Positions 1-8,781 of a DNA stretch of 64,000 nucleotides are shown piece after piece. Each line of letters starts with the position of its first letter. Position 1 is the stretch's first letter. The DNA lies in NCBI RefSeq assembly GCF_056746865.1, contig NZ_CM163382.1, one strand, 5' to 3'. Made by a program: the position numbers and the translations under genes. The notes under the pieces are model-generated. The model had not been told where the DNA came from, ran no database searches, and was given only the letters and a program-made list of their open reading frames with translations.

Positions 1-524
1 AAGTCGGCGTTCATCTGCGATGCCAGCAGCATTGGCGCTGGCCCCGGTACCAGGAACGCAGCCGCGGCCGCCACGCCTGCGAATAATGGGATTACCAGTT
101 TCACCAGGTTCGTACCGGTGTGGCGCGCCATTGAGAAAGCAACGCTAATCAGCAGAACAATCGCCACTTCAAAGAACAGCGGTAGCGCACAAACCAGCCC
201 CGCAAGGCCGATGGCATAATGTGCTCGGCTGTGACCGAAGGATTTGAGCATTTTGACGGCAATCTGATCGACTGCGCCAGTTTCATGTAAGATCTTGCCA
301 AACATAGCTCCCAGGGCGACAACCACCGCCAGGAAGCCGAGGGTGCCTCCCATCCCTTTTTCCATCGTCGCTGCGATTTTATCGAGCGGCATACCGGAAA
401 AAAGGCCAGCCCCCATGGACACCACCATCAAAGCCAGGAAAGCGTGCATACGCGCCTTCATGACTAAAAACAGCAGCAGTAAAACAGACCCTACTGCTGT
501 TAAAACAAGCGTTAATGTAGTCAC
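1..524 (-). CDS. gntU: Low-affinity gluconate:H+ symporter GntU, 5' portion only (gene continues beyond the window start)
   Basis: Minus-strand translation from a GTG at 524..522 reads MTTLTLVLTAVGSVLLLLFLVMKARMHAFLALMVV..., which matches GntU; it lies immediately downstream of gntK as in the gntRKU operon. The track shows no ORF because the frame has no stop inside the window. Confidence 0.85.
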   Translation of the reverse strand, partial: MTTLTLVLTAVGSVLLLLFLVMKARMHAFLALMVVSMGAGLFSGMPLDKIAATMEKGMGGTLGFLAVVVALGAMFGKILHETGAVDQIAVKMLKSFGHSRAHYAIGLAGLVCALPLFFEVAIVLLISVAFSMARHTGTNLVKLVIPLFAGVAAAAAFLVPGPAPMLLASQMNAD

Positions 525-527
525 TAC

Positions 528-1055
528 TTATTTGCCTTTTTTAATAACCTCAATGGTGCTTGCCACAACACCTTCCAGCGGTTGATCGATATCCACCACC
601 AGTACATCGGTTTCGTCCGCACCCGGCTCCTGCAGCGTTTCAAACTGCGTCACCAACATTTGGGTTTTAAAGAAATGGCCTTTGCGCGCTTTCAGGCGGC
701 TTTCAATCACATCAAAATCGCCTTTCAGGTAGATGAACGAGAGATTCGGATTACCTTCACGCAGCAAGTCGCGATAGTGTTTTTTCAGTGCAGAACAGAC
801 GATCAGCGACACTTTATTGGTGCGCTGCATAGCAAACGCGGCGTCGTTCAGCGCCTGCAACCACGGTTTGCGATCGTCGTCATTCAGCGGTTCACCAGAC
901 GCCATTTTTTCGATATTGCGCCTTGGATGGAGGAAATCGCCATCAAGAAACGCGGCATGAAGTTGATGCGCCACTTCACTGGCGACCGCAGATTTGCCGC
1001 TGCCCGATACGCCCATCAAGACGTAAATGTGGTGATCATGGTTAGTCGTGCTCAA
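528..1055 (-). CDS. gntK: Gluconokinase (thermoresistant), TTG start
   Basis: ORF 528..1076; the product reads STTNHDHHIYVLMGVSGSGKS with a P-loop, and a TTG at 1055..1053 gives the 175-aa GntK length. Confidence 0.9.
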   Translation of the reverse strand: MSTTNHDHHIYVLMGVSGSGKSAVASEVAHQLHAAFLDGDFLHPRRNIEKMASGEPLNDDDRKPWLQALNDAAFAMQRTNKVSLIVCSALKKHYRDLLREGNPNLSFIYLKGDFDVIESRLKARKGHFFKTQMLVTQFETLQEPGADETDVLVVDIDQPLEGVVASTIEVIKKGK

Positions 1056-1084
1056 AGTGGTGCCCCCACAATACAAGAAATAAA

Positions 1085-1115
1085 AATGTTACGGGTAACT
1101 GTTATCGGTAACATT
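1085..1115. promoter_or_regulatory. GntR operator-like palindrome in the gntK promoter region
   Basis: AATGTTACGGGTAACTGTTATCGGTAACATT is a near-perfect inverted repeat of ATGTTAC/GTAACAT half-sites, located between gntR and gntK. Confidence 0.55.
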
Positions 1116-1193
1116 GTCCGGCCGGACAATATCAGAAGCAATATCCATCCGTGCCTTAAGTGTATAAGTGTGAGCTACTTCAAATTTGTGGGC

Positions 1194-2189
1194 TTAAATA
1201 GATCCGCCCGGTGACAAGGTGAAACCTAAATCTAACATTTTCGGTGTCACAGATTCGCCACGAATACGCGCCAGCAGGCGTTCAGCGCCAATACTGCCCA
1301 TCCGCTCACGCGGCGTCAGTACGCTCGCCAACCGTGGTTCCATCACCTGACCAATGTCATGACCATGGAAACCGGCAATCGCCATATCGTCAGGAACTTT
1401 CAACCCCAGACGCTGGCATTCAAACGCCGCGCCGACCGCCAGGTCATCATTAGTACAGAACACGCCATCCAGCTGCGGATATTCCCGCCTCGCCTGGCGA
1501 ATCAGTTCAATACCGGAAGAGTAAGAAGAAGATTGCTCAACCATCACGCTATACGGCACCAGGCCTGCATCCAGCATCGCCTGTTCGTATCCCTTCTGTT
1601 TGATGATAGTACGTTCGTCGAGACGTGCGCCGAGATAGGCAATGTGGCGATGCCCGCGAGCAATAATGGCGGTGGTCATCTGGCGTGCCGCTTCAAAGTT
1701 ATCAAAACCGACGGCAATATCGAGGCACGGCGACTTGCTGTCCATCAACTCCACCACCGGAATCCCCGCCACTTCAATCATCTTTAAGGTGCGTGGCGTG
1801 TGGGTACGTTCGGTGAGGATCAGTCCATCGATATTCCATGAGAGCATTGATTCGAGGCGTTCTTGCTCCATTTCCGGTTTATAACCGTAGTGCGCCAGCA
1901 TAGTTTGATAACCGTGCGCGTCGGTGACGCTTTCGATTCCGCGTAATACTTCCGCGAAAACCTGGTTGGTGAGAGAAGGTAACAGGACGCCAATCGCCCG
2001 GCTGGTGGCATTAGAGAGGATATCGGGCGCGCGATTGGGAATATAACCCAGTTCATCAAGAGCGGCGGCAATCTTGCCGCGTAGAGCGACGGAAACCTGC
2101 TCCGGGTTGCGTAAAAAACGGCTGACCGTCATTTTGGTCACGCCTACACGGTCAGCCACATCCTGAAGTACGGGTCTTTTCTTTTTCAT
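1194..2189 (-). CDS. gntR: LacI-family gluconate repressor GntR
   Basis: 331-aa ORF with an N-terminal HTH (VTKMTVSRFLRN) and a periplasmic-binding-like core; sits in gntRKU order. Confidence 0.9.
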   Translation of the reverse strand: MKKKRPVLQDVADRVGVTKMTVSRFLRNPEQVSVALRGKIAAALDELGYIPNRAPDILSNATSRAIGVLLPSLTNQVFAEVLRGIESVTDAHGYQTMLAHYGYKPEMEQERLESMLSWNIDGLILTERTHTPRTLKMIEVAGIPVVELMDSKSPCLDIAVGFDNFEAARQMTTAIIARGHRHIAYLGARLDERTIIKQKGYEQAMLDAGLVPYSVMVEQSSSYSSGIELIRQARREYPQLDGVFCTNDDLAVGAAFECQRLGLKVPDDMAIAGFHGHDIGQVMEPRLASVLTPRERMGSIGAERLLARIRGESVTPKMLDLGFTLSPGGSI

Positions 2190-2412
2190 CGTCCTGAAGG
2201 TACAAAAGAGATAGATTCTCTTAGTTTAACACGGACGCATCAGAACCTTCCCGGGGAAAACAGTGCTTGTTTACAATTATTAGATATACACTAAATCAAT
2301 TGCATCGCATTGTGCTAACGACGCGGCAAAACCCCGGAAGCGTACATCAGCACGCGACCGGAGCGAGTGAGGAAGCCTGCAAAAAGGCAGGCTTCAAAGA
2401 TGCCGTTGAGTT

Positions 2413-3108
2413 TTAAACCGGCGGCAGATCGAACAGTAACACTTCGCTGTCGCTATCCGCATGAATGGAGATTGCCTGCTCATCCCAGATTGCCAGACCA
2501 TCGCTGGTCGAGGCTTTCACGCCGTTAATGGTGACATTGCCTTTCACCACCTGAATCCAGACGCGGCGTTCAGCGGCAATCTGATGCACCGACTGCTCAT
2601 CTTTTACCAGCGCCCAGCGGTACAGTTCCATATCCTGATACACTTTCAGCGAACCATCACGCGCATCCGGCGAGAGCACCAGCTGTTTGCCCTGTACGGC
2701 ATCGAAGCGACGCTGTTCATAACGCGGCGTAATACCGTTTTCTTCAGGCATGATCCAGATTTGATACAGATGCAGACGCTCGGTGCTGCTTGGGTTGTAC
2801 TCTGAGTGACGAATACCCGTACCCGCACTCATAATCTGGAACTCACCCGCCGGAACCTGCTCTTTATTGCCCATGCTGTCCTGATGCTCAACAGTACCTT
2901 CCAGCACGTAGGTCAAAATTTCCATATCTTTATGCGGGTGAGTGCCGAAGCCCTGCCCTGCTTCAATCACGTCGTCGTTAATCACGCGCAGCGCGGAGAA
3001 GCCCATAAAGTTCGGATCGTAATAGTTGGCAAAAGAGAAAGTATGCCAGGAGTCCAGCCAGCCATGATTTGCATGACCACGTTCATTTGCTTTGCGTAAG
3101 TAGATCAT
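2413..3108 (-). CDS. yhhW: Pirin-like quercetin 2,3-dioxygenase
   Basis: 231-aa ORF with a cupin/pirin signature (GFGTHPHKDMEILTYVLEG); position matches yhhW. Confidence 0.85.
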   Translation of the reverse strand: MIYLRKANERGHANHGWLDSWHTFSFANYYDPNFMGFSALRVINDDVIEAGQGFGTHPHKDMEILTYVLEGTVEHQDSMGNKEQVPAGEFQIMSAGTGIRHSEYNPSSTERLHLYQIWIMPEENGITPRYEQRRFDAVQGKQLVLSPDARDGSLKVYQDMELYRWALVKDEQSVHQIAAERRVWIQVVKGNVTINGVKASTSDGLAIWDEQAISIHADSDSEVLLFDLPPV

Positions 3109-3230
3109 TTTTATTCGCCCCCTGAATGATTTCGATGGGCTTAGTGTGGACCCGATCCGCCTGGGATGATAGAGGGTGAAAATTGACCCCTCTGTTCAAA
3201 AAAATTGAACTATTCGAGGGGCCATCAAAC

Positions 3231-4268
3231 TTACTTCGCGAGAGTCACTGTGGAGGGAGAGGCTTGCTCAAATCCTCGTTCAAGGATTTCCAGATTGGTA
3301 AGAACTTCAGATTCCTTGACGTAATTTGGCGCACCGTTGGTGATGGTTTGATACAACGCATCATAAACGCGCCCGTAATCGCCCATCTCCGGCTTCATCT
3401 CTTCTCTGACCGTCACACCCTCGTCATTGACATACTCCAGCACACCGACCGAATCATCCGCTGCGAATCCCGGTTCGCCCGGCATAATATTGGCCTTGAG
3501 GCTGGTTTCCTGCTGGTCGATACCGTATTTAATAAACGAACCTTTCTTACCGTGAACGATAAATTTCGGATAATCGATTTTCACCAGATGGCTGGTTTTG
3601 ACGATGGCTTTCAGGTCGCCATAAAACAGCTGCGCTTCAAAGGTGTCGTCAGGATTGGCTTTATTACGCAGGCTGCGGATGTCATAAGCGACGTGATCCG
3701 GGCGACCGAACAGAGAAATAATCTGGTCCATCGTATGCACACCAAGACCATAGAACGCGCCATCCTGCGGCAGCCCAGGTTTGGTTTCTGCCACCGGGCG
3801 GTAATAGTCAAAATGGCTTTCCACTTCGACAATCTCTCCAAGCTTGCCGCTTTCAATCGCTTTTTTCGCTGTCAGGAAGCAGGAATCAAAGCGACGATTC
3901 TGATACGGCGTGACGGTCAGCCCTTTGCTTTTCGCCAACGCAAACAGCTCCTTCGCCTGGGCAAGCGTCGGGGTGAACGGTTTTTCGACCAGCACATTTT
4001 TCCCGGCTTCCAGCGCGCGCTTCGCGTACTCGAAGTGGCTGTCTGCATGGGTGCAGACCACAACCAGCTTAACATCGGGATCGTTTAGTACTTCGTCGAG
4101 ATCGCTGGTGAAATGGATATGAGAGTAAATGGGGGCCTGTTCTTCCGGCTTCGCATGGCGGCGAAAAATATGCGCGACATGCCAGCTATCCTTGCGGTTA
4201 AGTACATACGGCAGATGGTAACGGGTGGTGCTTTTGCCGAAGCCAATAAAGGCGCAGTTAATGACCAT
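3231..4268 (-). CDS. yhhX: Gfo/Idh/MocA-family NAD(P)-dependent oxidoreductase
   Basis: 345-aa ORF with an N-terminal Rossmann motif (CAFIGFGKSTTRYH); position matches yhhX. Confidence 0.85.
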   Translation of the reverse strand: MVINCAFIGFGKSTTRYHLPYVLNRKDSWHVAHIFRRHAKPEEQAPIYSHIHFTSDLDEVLNDPDVKLVVVCTHADSHFEYAKRALEAGKNVLVEKPFTPTLAQAKELFALAKSKGLTVTPYQNRRFDSCFLTAKKAIESGKLGEIVEVESHFDYYRPVAETKPGLPQDGAFYGLGVHTMDQIISLFGRPDHVAYDIRSLRNKANPDDTFEAQLFYGDLKAIVKTSHLVKIDYPKFIVHGKKGSFIKYGIDQQETSLKANIMPGEPGFAADDSVGVLEYVNDEGVTVREEMKPEMGDYGRVYDALYQTITNGAPNYVKESEVLTNLEILERGFEQASPSTVTLAK

Positions 4269-4390
4269 GATTTCGTCCTTTTTAAGGGGGTTATTTACAC
4301 CTTAGCGCAAAGCGGACGTGGTTCCTACTGGAGTGCGCATAACGAACACAAGCACTTCCCGTGGATAAATTGAAAACGAAAGATCAAAAA

Positions 4391-4480
4391 AAAAGCCAGC
4401 ACCCGGCTGGCTAAGTAATACTGGAAGCAATGTGAGCAATGTCGTGCTTTCAGGTTCTCCGCGAGGGTCTTCCTGATCGC
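4391..4480 (-). ncRNA. ryhB: RyhB iron-responsive small RNA
   Basis: The reverse complement reads GCGATCAGGAAGACCCTCGCGGAGAACCTGAAAGCACGACATTGCTCACATTGCTTCCAGTATTACTTAGCCAGCCGGGTGCTGGCTTTT, which matches my memory of RyhB and ends in a GC hairpin plus U-run terminator. Track ORFs 4302..4487, 4325..4540 and 4450..4665 overlapping it are spurious. Confidence 0.9.
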
Positions 4481-4481
4481 G

Positions 4482-4500
4482 AGACAATAATAATCATTCT
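4482..4500 (-). promoter_or_regulatory. Fur box at the ryhB promoter
   Basis: GAGACAATAATAATCATTCTC lies immediately upstream of the RyhB 5' end and resembles the Fur consensus GATAATGATAATCATTATC. Confidence 0.6.
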
Positions 4501-4602
4501 CATTCGCACTTGTCCAACACTTTTTGCAAAAAAAATGCATTTGACTCGCATTTGAAAGTCAATGATGTTGAAAGGGACATTTACCCCAAAGAGGACAAAG
4601 GA

Positions 4603-5091
4603 ATGAGTGAGATAGTGATACGCCATGCTGAAACGCGGGACTACGAGGCCATCAGGCAGATTCACGCCCAGCCGGAGGTGTATTGCAACACGCTACAGGT
4701 GCCTCATCCCTCCGATCATATGTGGCAGGAGCGACTCGCCGATCGCCCCGGCATCAAGCAGTTAGTCGCCTGTATTGATGGAATCGTCGTAGGCCATCTC
4801 ACCATTGACGTGCAACAACGCCCACGCCGCAGTCATGTTGCCGATTTTGGTATCTGTGTCGACTCCCGTTGGAAGAATCGCGGTGTCGCCAGCGCCCTGA
4901 TGCGAGAGATGATTGAAATGTGCGACAACTGGTTGCGGGTAGATCGTATTGAGCTAACGGTGTTCGTCGATAACGCGCCAGCAATTAAGGTCTATAAAAA
5001 ATTTGGATTTGAGATTGAAGGGACTGGCAAGAAGTACGCATTACGTAATGGTGAATATGTCGATGCGTATTATATGGCGCGGGTGAAGTAA
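4603..5091 (+). CDS. yhhY: GNAT-family N-acetyltransferase
   Basis: Internal ATG at 4603 of ORF 4510..5091 gives a 162-aa product (MSEIVIRHAETRDYEAI...) with an acetyl-CoA-binding motif (RWKNRGVASALM). Confidence 0.85.
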   Translation: MSEIVIRHAETRDYEAIRQIHAQPEVYCNTLQVPHPSDHMWQERLADRPGIKQLVACIDGIVVGHLTIDVQQRPRRSHVADFGICVDSRWKNRGVASALMREMIEMCDNWLRVDRIELTVFVDNAPAIKVYKKFGFEIEGTGKKYALRNGEYVDAYYMARVK

Positions 5092-5097
5092 GATAGT

Positions 5098-5123
5098 GCC
5101 CTTTTTCTGAGATGGAAAAAGGG
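5098..5123 (+). terminator. Candidate hairpin terminator after yhhY
   Basis: GCCCTTTTTCTGAGATGGAAAAAGGG forms a perfect 8-bp stem (CCCTTTTT/AAAAAGGG). Confidence 0.35.
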
Positions 5124-5326
5124 TGTCATTCAAAATCGGCATACCTTCCTTTAAGGTATTTATTTTCCCAATAAATATATAAGATTTACCTCATAATTAC
5201 GTCCTAAAGTGTAATATTTTATTTTTTAATATATACGCCTACAATTTCCTGGAGTAAATAAATAACAATTAACAAGCATAATAGTGCCATTGATAAAATA
5301 GCATGCCATAAAAGGACTTTTCATGG

Positions 5327-6439
5327 ATGAGTAATATTGTTTACCTGACAGTAACGGGAGAACAACAAGGAAGCATCTCCGCAGGTTGTGGGACTTCTGA
5401 GTCTACAGGTAATCGCTGGCAGAGCGGGCATGAGGATGAAATATTTACATTCTCACTCTTAAATAGTATTACTAATACGGGGCTTGGTTCACAGTTCCAT
5501 GGTATAACATTTTGTAAATTAATTGATAAAAGCACTCCATTATTTATTAATTCCATTAACAATAATGAACAATTATTTATGGAATTTGACTTCTATCGAA
5601 TAAATAGATTTGGTAGATGGGAAAAGTATTATTATATACAACTAAGAGGCGCTTTTTTATCGGCTATTCATCATCAGATCATTGAAAATCAACTGGATAC
5701 AGAAACATTAACTGTTAGTTATGAATTTATCCTCTGTCAACATCTTATCGCAAATACCGAGTTCAGCTATTTGGCACTCCCTGAAAATTATAACTGTTTG
5801 TTTTTACCAAATTCAAAAAACCAAACAAATAATCGTTTCAAAACGTTAAACAGCAAAGCTATTGGCAGGCTACTTGCTGCTGGTGGCGTATACAATGGGA
5901 ACATTGAAGGATTCAGAGATACTGCGGAAAAACTGGGTGGAGATGCAATAAAAGGCTATGATCAAATACTAAATGAAAAAACAGCGGGCATAGCGATAGC
6001 AACAGCATCTATTCTTTTAACAAAGCGTTCTAATGTTGATACATATACAGAAATAAATAGTTACTTAGGCAAACTTAGAGGTCAACAAAAACTTCTTGAT
6101 GGTATAGACATAATAGAAATAATATACATTAAGAGACCTTCAAAAGACTTAGCTAACTTACGAAAGGAGTTTAATAAAACTGTAAGAAAAAATTTTCTTA
6201 TCAAACTTGCAAAAACCTCCGAAGCATCTGAAAGATTCAACGCCGAAGACCTTTTAAGAATGAGAAAGGGCAATGTTCCTCTAAATTATAATGTTCACCA
6301 TAAACTATCTCTAGATGATGGTGGTACTAATGATTTCGAAAATTTAGTATTAATCGAAAACGAACCATATCATAAAGTTTTTACTAACATGCAATCACGA
6401 ATAGCTAAGGGAGTATTAGTAGGTAGACTGGCCCCCTGA
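5327..6439 (+). CDS. yhhZ: Hcp-family (T6SS tube-like) protein fused to a C-terminal HNH nuclease domain; 3' end replaced by the IS2 insertion
   Basis: N-terminal Hcp-like region followed by an HNH motif (NYNVHHKLSLDDGGTNDFENLVLIENEPYHK). The reading frame runs into the IS2 left end at 6424 and terminates after 4 IS-encoded codons (RLAP). Confidence 0.8.
   Translation: MSNIVYLTVTGEQQGSISAGCGTSESTGNRWQSGHEDEIFTFSLLNSITNTGLGSQFHGITFCKLIDKSTPLFINSINNNEQLFMEFDFYRINRFGRWEKYYYIQLRGAFLSAIHHQIIENQLDTETLTVSYEFILCQHLIANTEFSYLALPENYNCLFLPNSKNQTNNRFKTLNSKAIGRLLAAGGVYNGNIEGFRDTAEKLGGDAIKGYDQILNEKTAGIAIATASILLTKRSNVDTYTEINSYLGKLRGQQKLLDGIDIIEIIYIKRPSKDLANLRKEFNKTVRKNFLIKLAKTSEASERFNAEDLLRMRKGNVPLNYNVHHKLSLDDGGTNDFENLVLIENEPYHKVFTNMQSRIAKGVLVGRLAP
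6419..6423. repeat. 5-bp target-site duplication (GTAGG), left copy
   Basis: GTAGG immediately precedes the IS2 left end and recurs at 7755..7759 immediately after the right end. Confidence 0.85.
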
Positions 6440-6514
6440 ATCTCCAGACAACCAATATCACTTAAATAAGTGATAGTCTTAATACTAGTTTTTAGACTAG
6501 TCATTGGAGAGCAG

Positions 6515-6880
6515 ATGATTGATGTCTTAGGACCGGAGAAACGCAGACGGCGTACTACACAGGAAAAGATCGCTATTGTTCAGCAGAGTTTTGAACCGGG
6601 AATGACGGTCTCCCTTGTTGCCCGGCAACACGGTGTGGCAGCCAGCCAGTTATTTCTCTGGCGCAAGCAATACCAGGAGGGAAGTCTTACTGCTGTGGCC
6701 GCAGGAGAGCAGGTCGTTCCTGCCTCTGAACTTGCTGCTGCCATGAAGCAGATTAAAGAACTCCAGCGCCTGCTCGGCAAAAAAACGATGGAAAATGAAC
6801 TCCTTAAAGAAGCCGTTGAATACGGGCGTGCAAAAAAGTGGATAGCGCACGCGCCCTTATTGCCCGGGGATGGGGAGTAA
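6515..6880 (+). CDS. insC: IS2 OrfA (InsC), HTH transposase subunit
   Basis: [53 protein letters not shown]..., 121 aa from the internal ATG of ORF 6470..6880. Confidence 0.9.
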
Positions 6881-7743
6881 GCTTAGTCAGCCGTTGTCTC
6901 CGGGTGTCGCGTGCGCAGTTGCACGTCATTCTCAGACGAACCGATGACTGGAAAGATGGTCGCCGCAGCCGTCACTCAGATGATACGGATGTGCTTCTCC
7001 GTATACACCATGTTATCGGAGAGCTGCCCACGTATGGTTATCGTCGGGTATGGGCGCTGCTTCGCAGACAGGCCGAACTTGATGGTATGCCTGCGATCAA
7101 TGCCAAACGTGTTTACCGGATCATGCGCCAGAATGCGCTGTTGCTTGAGCGAAAAACCGCTGTACCGCCATCGAAACGGGCACATACTGGCAAAGTGGCC
7201 GTGAAAGAAAGCAATCAACGATGGTGCTCTGACGGGTTCGAGTTCCGCTGTGATAACGGAGAAAAACTGCGAGTCACGTTCGCGCTGGACTGCTGTGACC
7301 GTGAGGCACTGCACTGGGCAGTCACTACGGGCGGCTTCGACAGTGAAACAGTACAGGACGTAATGCTGGGAGCGGTGGAACGCCGCTTCGGCAACGAGCT
7401 TCCGGCGTCTCCAGTAGAGTGGCTGACGGATAATGGTTCATGCTACCGGGCTAATGAAACACGGCAGTTTGCCCGGATGTTGGGGCTTGAACCGAAGAAC
7501 ACGGCGGTGCGGAGTCCGGAGAGTAACGGCATAGCAGAGAGCTTCGTGAAAACGATAAAGCGTGACTACATCAGTATCATGCCTAAACCAGACGGGTTAA
7601 CGGCAGCAAAGAACCTTGCAGAGGCGTTCGAGCATTATAACGAATGGCATCCGCATAGTGCACTGGGTTATCGCTCGCCACGGGAATATCTACGGCAGCG
7701 GGCCAGTAATGGGTTAAGTGATAACAGGTGTCTGGAAATATAG
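6838..7743 (+). CDS. insD: IS2 OrfB (InsD), DDE transposase catalytic subunit, expressed as an OrfAB fusion by -1 frameshift
   Basis: 301-aa ORF overlapping insC in the -1 frame, with an integrase-core-like sequence. Confidence 0.9.
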
Positions 7744-7754
7744 GGGCAAATCCA

Positions 7755-7759
7755 GTAGG
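7755..7759. repeat. 5-bp target-site duplication (GTAGG), right copy
   Basis: Identical to 6419..6423. Confidence 0.85.
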
Positions 7760-7841
7760 TGAAAGCAAAATCACTCCCTGGGCCATTCCATCTGGCTCAA
7801 TTTATCCTCCCATGAAAAATATTATGGAACCCACAAAATGA
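7755..7841 (+). pseudogene. yhhZ: Displaced 3' end of yhhZ (last ~26 codons, ESKITPWAIPSGSIYPPMKNIMEPTK)
   Basis: Joining 6423 to 7760 (removing IS2 and one duplication copy) restores a continuous frame that ends at the TGA at 7839..7841, giving a 392-aa product. Confidence 0.75.
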
Positions 7842-8332
7842 TGACTAAAACCCAAATAAATAAATTAAAAAAAATGATGAATGATTTAGACTATCCATTT
7901 GAAGCACCGCTCAAGGAATCATTTATTGAAAGTATAATCCAAATAGAATTTAATTCTAATTCAACTAATTGCCTGGAGAAATTATGTAATGAAGTTAGTA
8001 TTCTTTTTAATAATCAACCTGATTATCTTAATTTTTTAAGAGCAATGGATGGATTCGAAGTTAATGGATTACGATTATTTAGCCTCTCGATTCCAGAACC
8101 TTCAGTTAAAAACCTTTTTACCGTAAATGAATTTTATAGAAATAATGATGATTTCATAAACCCTGATCTACAAGAACGGTTAGTGATCGGGGATGATAGC
8201 ATTTCAATATTTACTTATGACATTAAAAGTAACTTTTTTGAAATTAGAGATAATATTGGCACCGAAAATATATTCAGTTCGTTTAGTGATTTCTCTTCAT
8301 TCTTAAACGAAATCATGGACAGTTGTTCATAA
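7838..8332 (+). CDS. yrhA: Putative immunity protein for the YhhZ nuclease (SUKH/Smi1-Knr4-like)
   Basis: 164-aa ORF whose ATG overlaps the reconstructed yhhZ stop (ATGA), indicating translational coupling; it carries an ...FLRAMDGFEVNGLRLFSL... motif reminiscent of SUKH immunity proteins. The name is assigned from position. Confidence 0.6.
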   Translation: MMTKTQINKLKKMMNDLDYPFEAPLKESFIESIIQIEFNSNSTNCLEKLCNEVSILFNNQPDYLNFLRAMDGFEVNGLRLFSLSIPEPSVKNLFTVNEFYRNNDDFINPDLQERLVIGDDSISIFTYDIKSNFFEIRDNIGTENIFSSFSDFSSFLNEIMDSCS

Positions 8333-8543
8333 TAATCAAAAGGTAACAAAAATCATTGTAAACCATGCCATCTTTTTAGAGATTACCAGCAGAAAATTCC
8401 TTGTTCGAAACTTAGCAATGCAAGCTATGGAAAAACTTACAACGGAACTACACTCCTTAAGTGAGATGGACCGAAGACATGTAATCTCTATTTTAGCCGA
8501 AATAGCTAATGGCTATGATGATTTTAGTGACATGTTGATTTAG
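8331..8543 (+). pseudogene. Start-less open frame / gene remnant (...LAMQAMEKLTTELHSLSEMDRRHVISILAEIANGYDDFSDMLI)
   Basis: About 70 sense codons are open with the first ATG only at 8418; the frame differs from yrhA and the region is AT-rich. Confidence 0.3.
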
Positions 8544-8566
8544 TTAGAACTTCACCCGAATCATAA

Positions 8567-8746
8567 GATTCTGATATCTTAAATAAGAAAATCCCGTTCG
8601 ACGTTCTGAAAAAGAAATCACAAAATATTAGCAGATACTTATTTCGTGACTGTATATTATCCGATGAACTTTTTTCAAAACCAGCATTTAATAATATATT
8701 TGACGAAGATGAACGCGTCTTTTCTCAAAGTATAACGCAAGAATAA
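8567..8746 (+). pseudogene. Start-less open frame / gene remnant (...FRDCILSDELFSKPAFNNIFDEDERVFSQSITQE)
   Basis: 59 open codons with no in-frame ATG, ending at the TAA at 8744..8746. Confidence 0.3.
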
Positions 8747-8781
8747 TAATATAACGATCAACAATAATATTTATTATAATT

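Larger units (their letters stand above)
6424..7754 (+). mobile_element. IS2 (IS3 family), complete 1331-bp copy
   Basis: Left end TAGACTGGCCCCCTGAATCTCCAGACAACC and right end ...TGTCTGGAAATATAGGGGCAAATCCA, two overlapping ORFs (InsC/InsD), an A6G slippery site near 6829..6835, and a flanking 5-bp duplication. Confidence 0.92.

Noticed and set aside
582-1214. 210-aa plus-strand ORF overlapping gntK
   Set aside because: It is antisense to a well-supported gene (gntK, P-loop kinase) and has no recognisable motifs; it is a typical shadow ORF in GC-rich coding sequence. The same reasoning applies to many other track ORFs, for example 3183..4088, 12661..13188, 15326..15871, 20659..21258 and 26974..27669.
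2373-2396. Perfect 9-bp hairpin (GAAGCCTGC-AAAAAG-GCAGGCTTC) downstream of yhhW as an intrinsic terminator
   Set aside because: The stem is clear but there is no U-run on the yhhW (minus) strand, so it may be a stabilising hairpin or a weak terminator; it is not listed as a feature.
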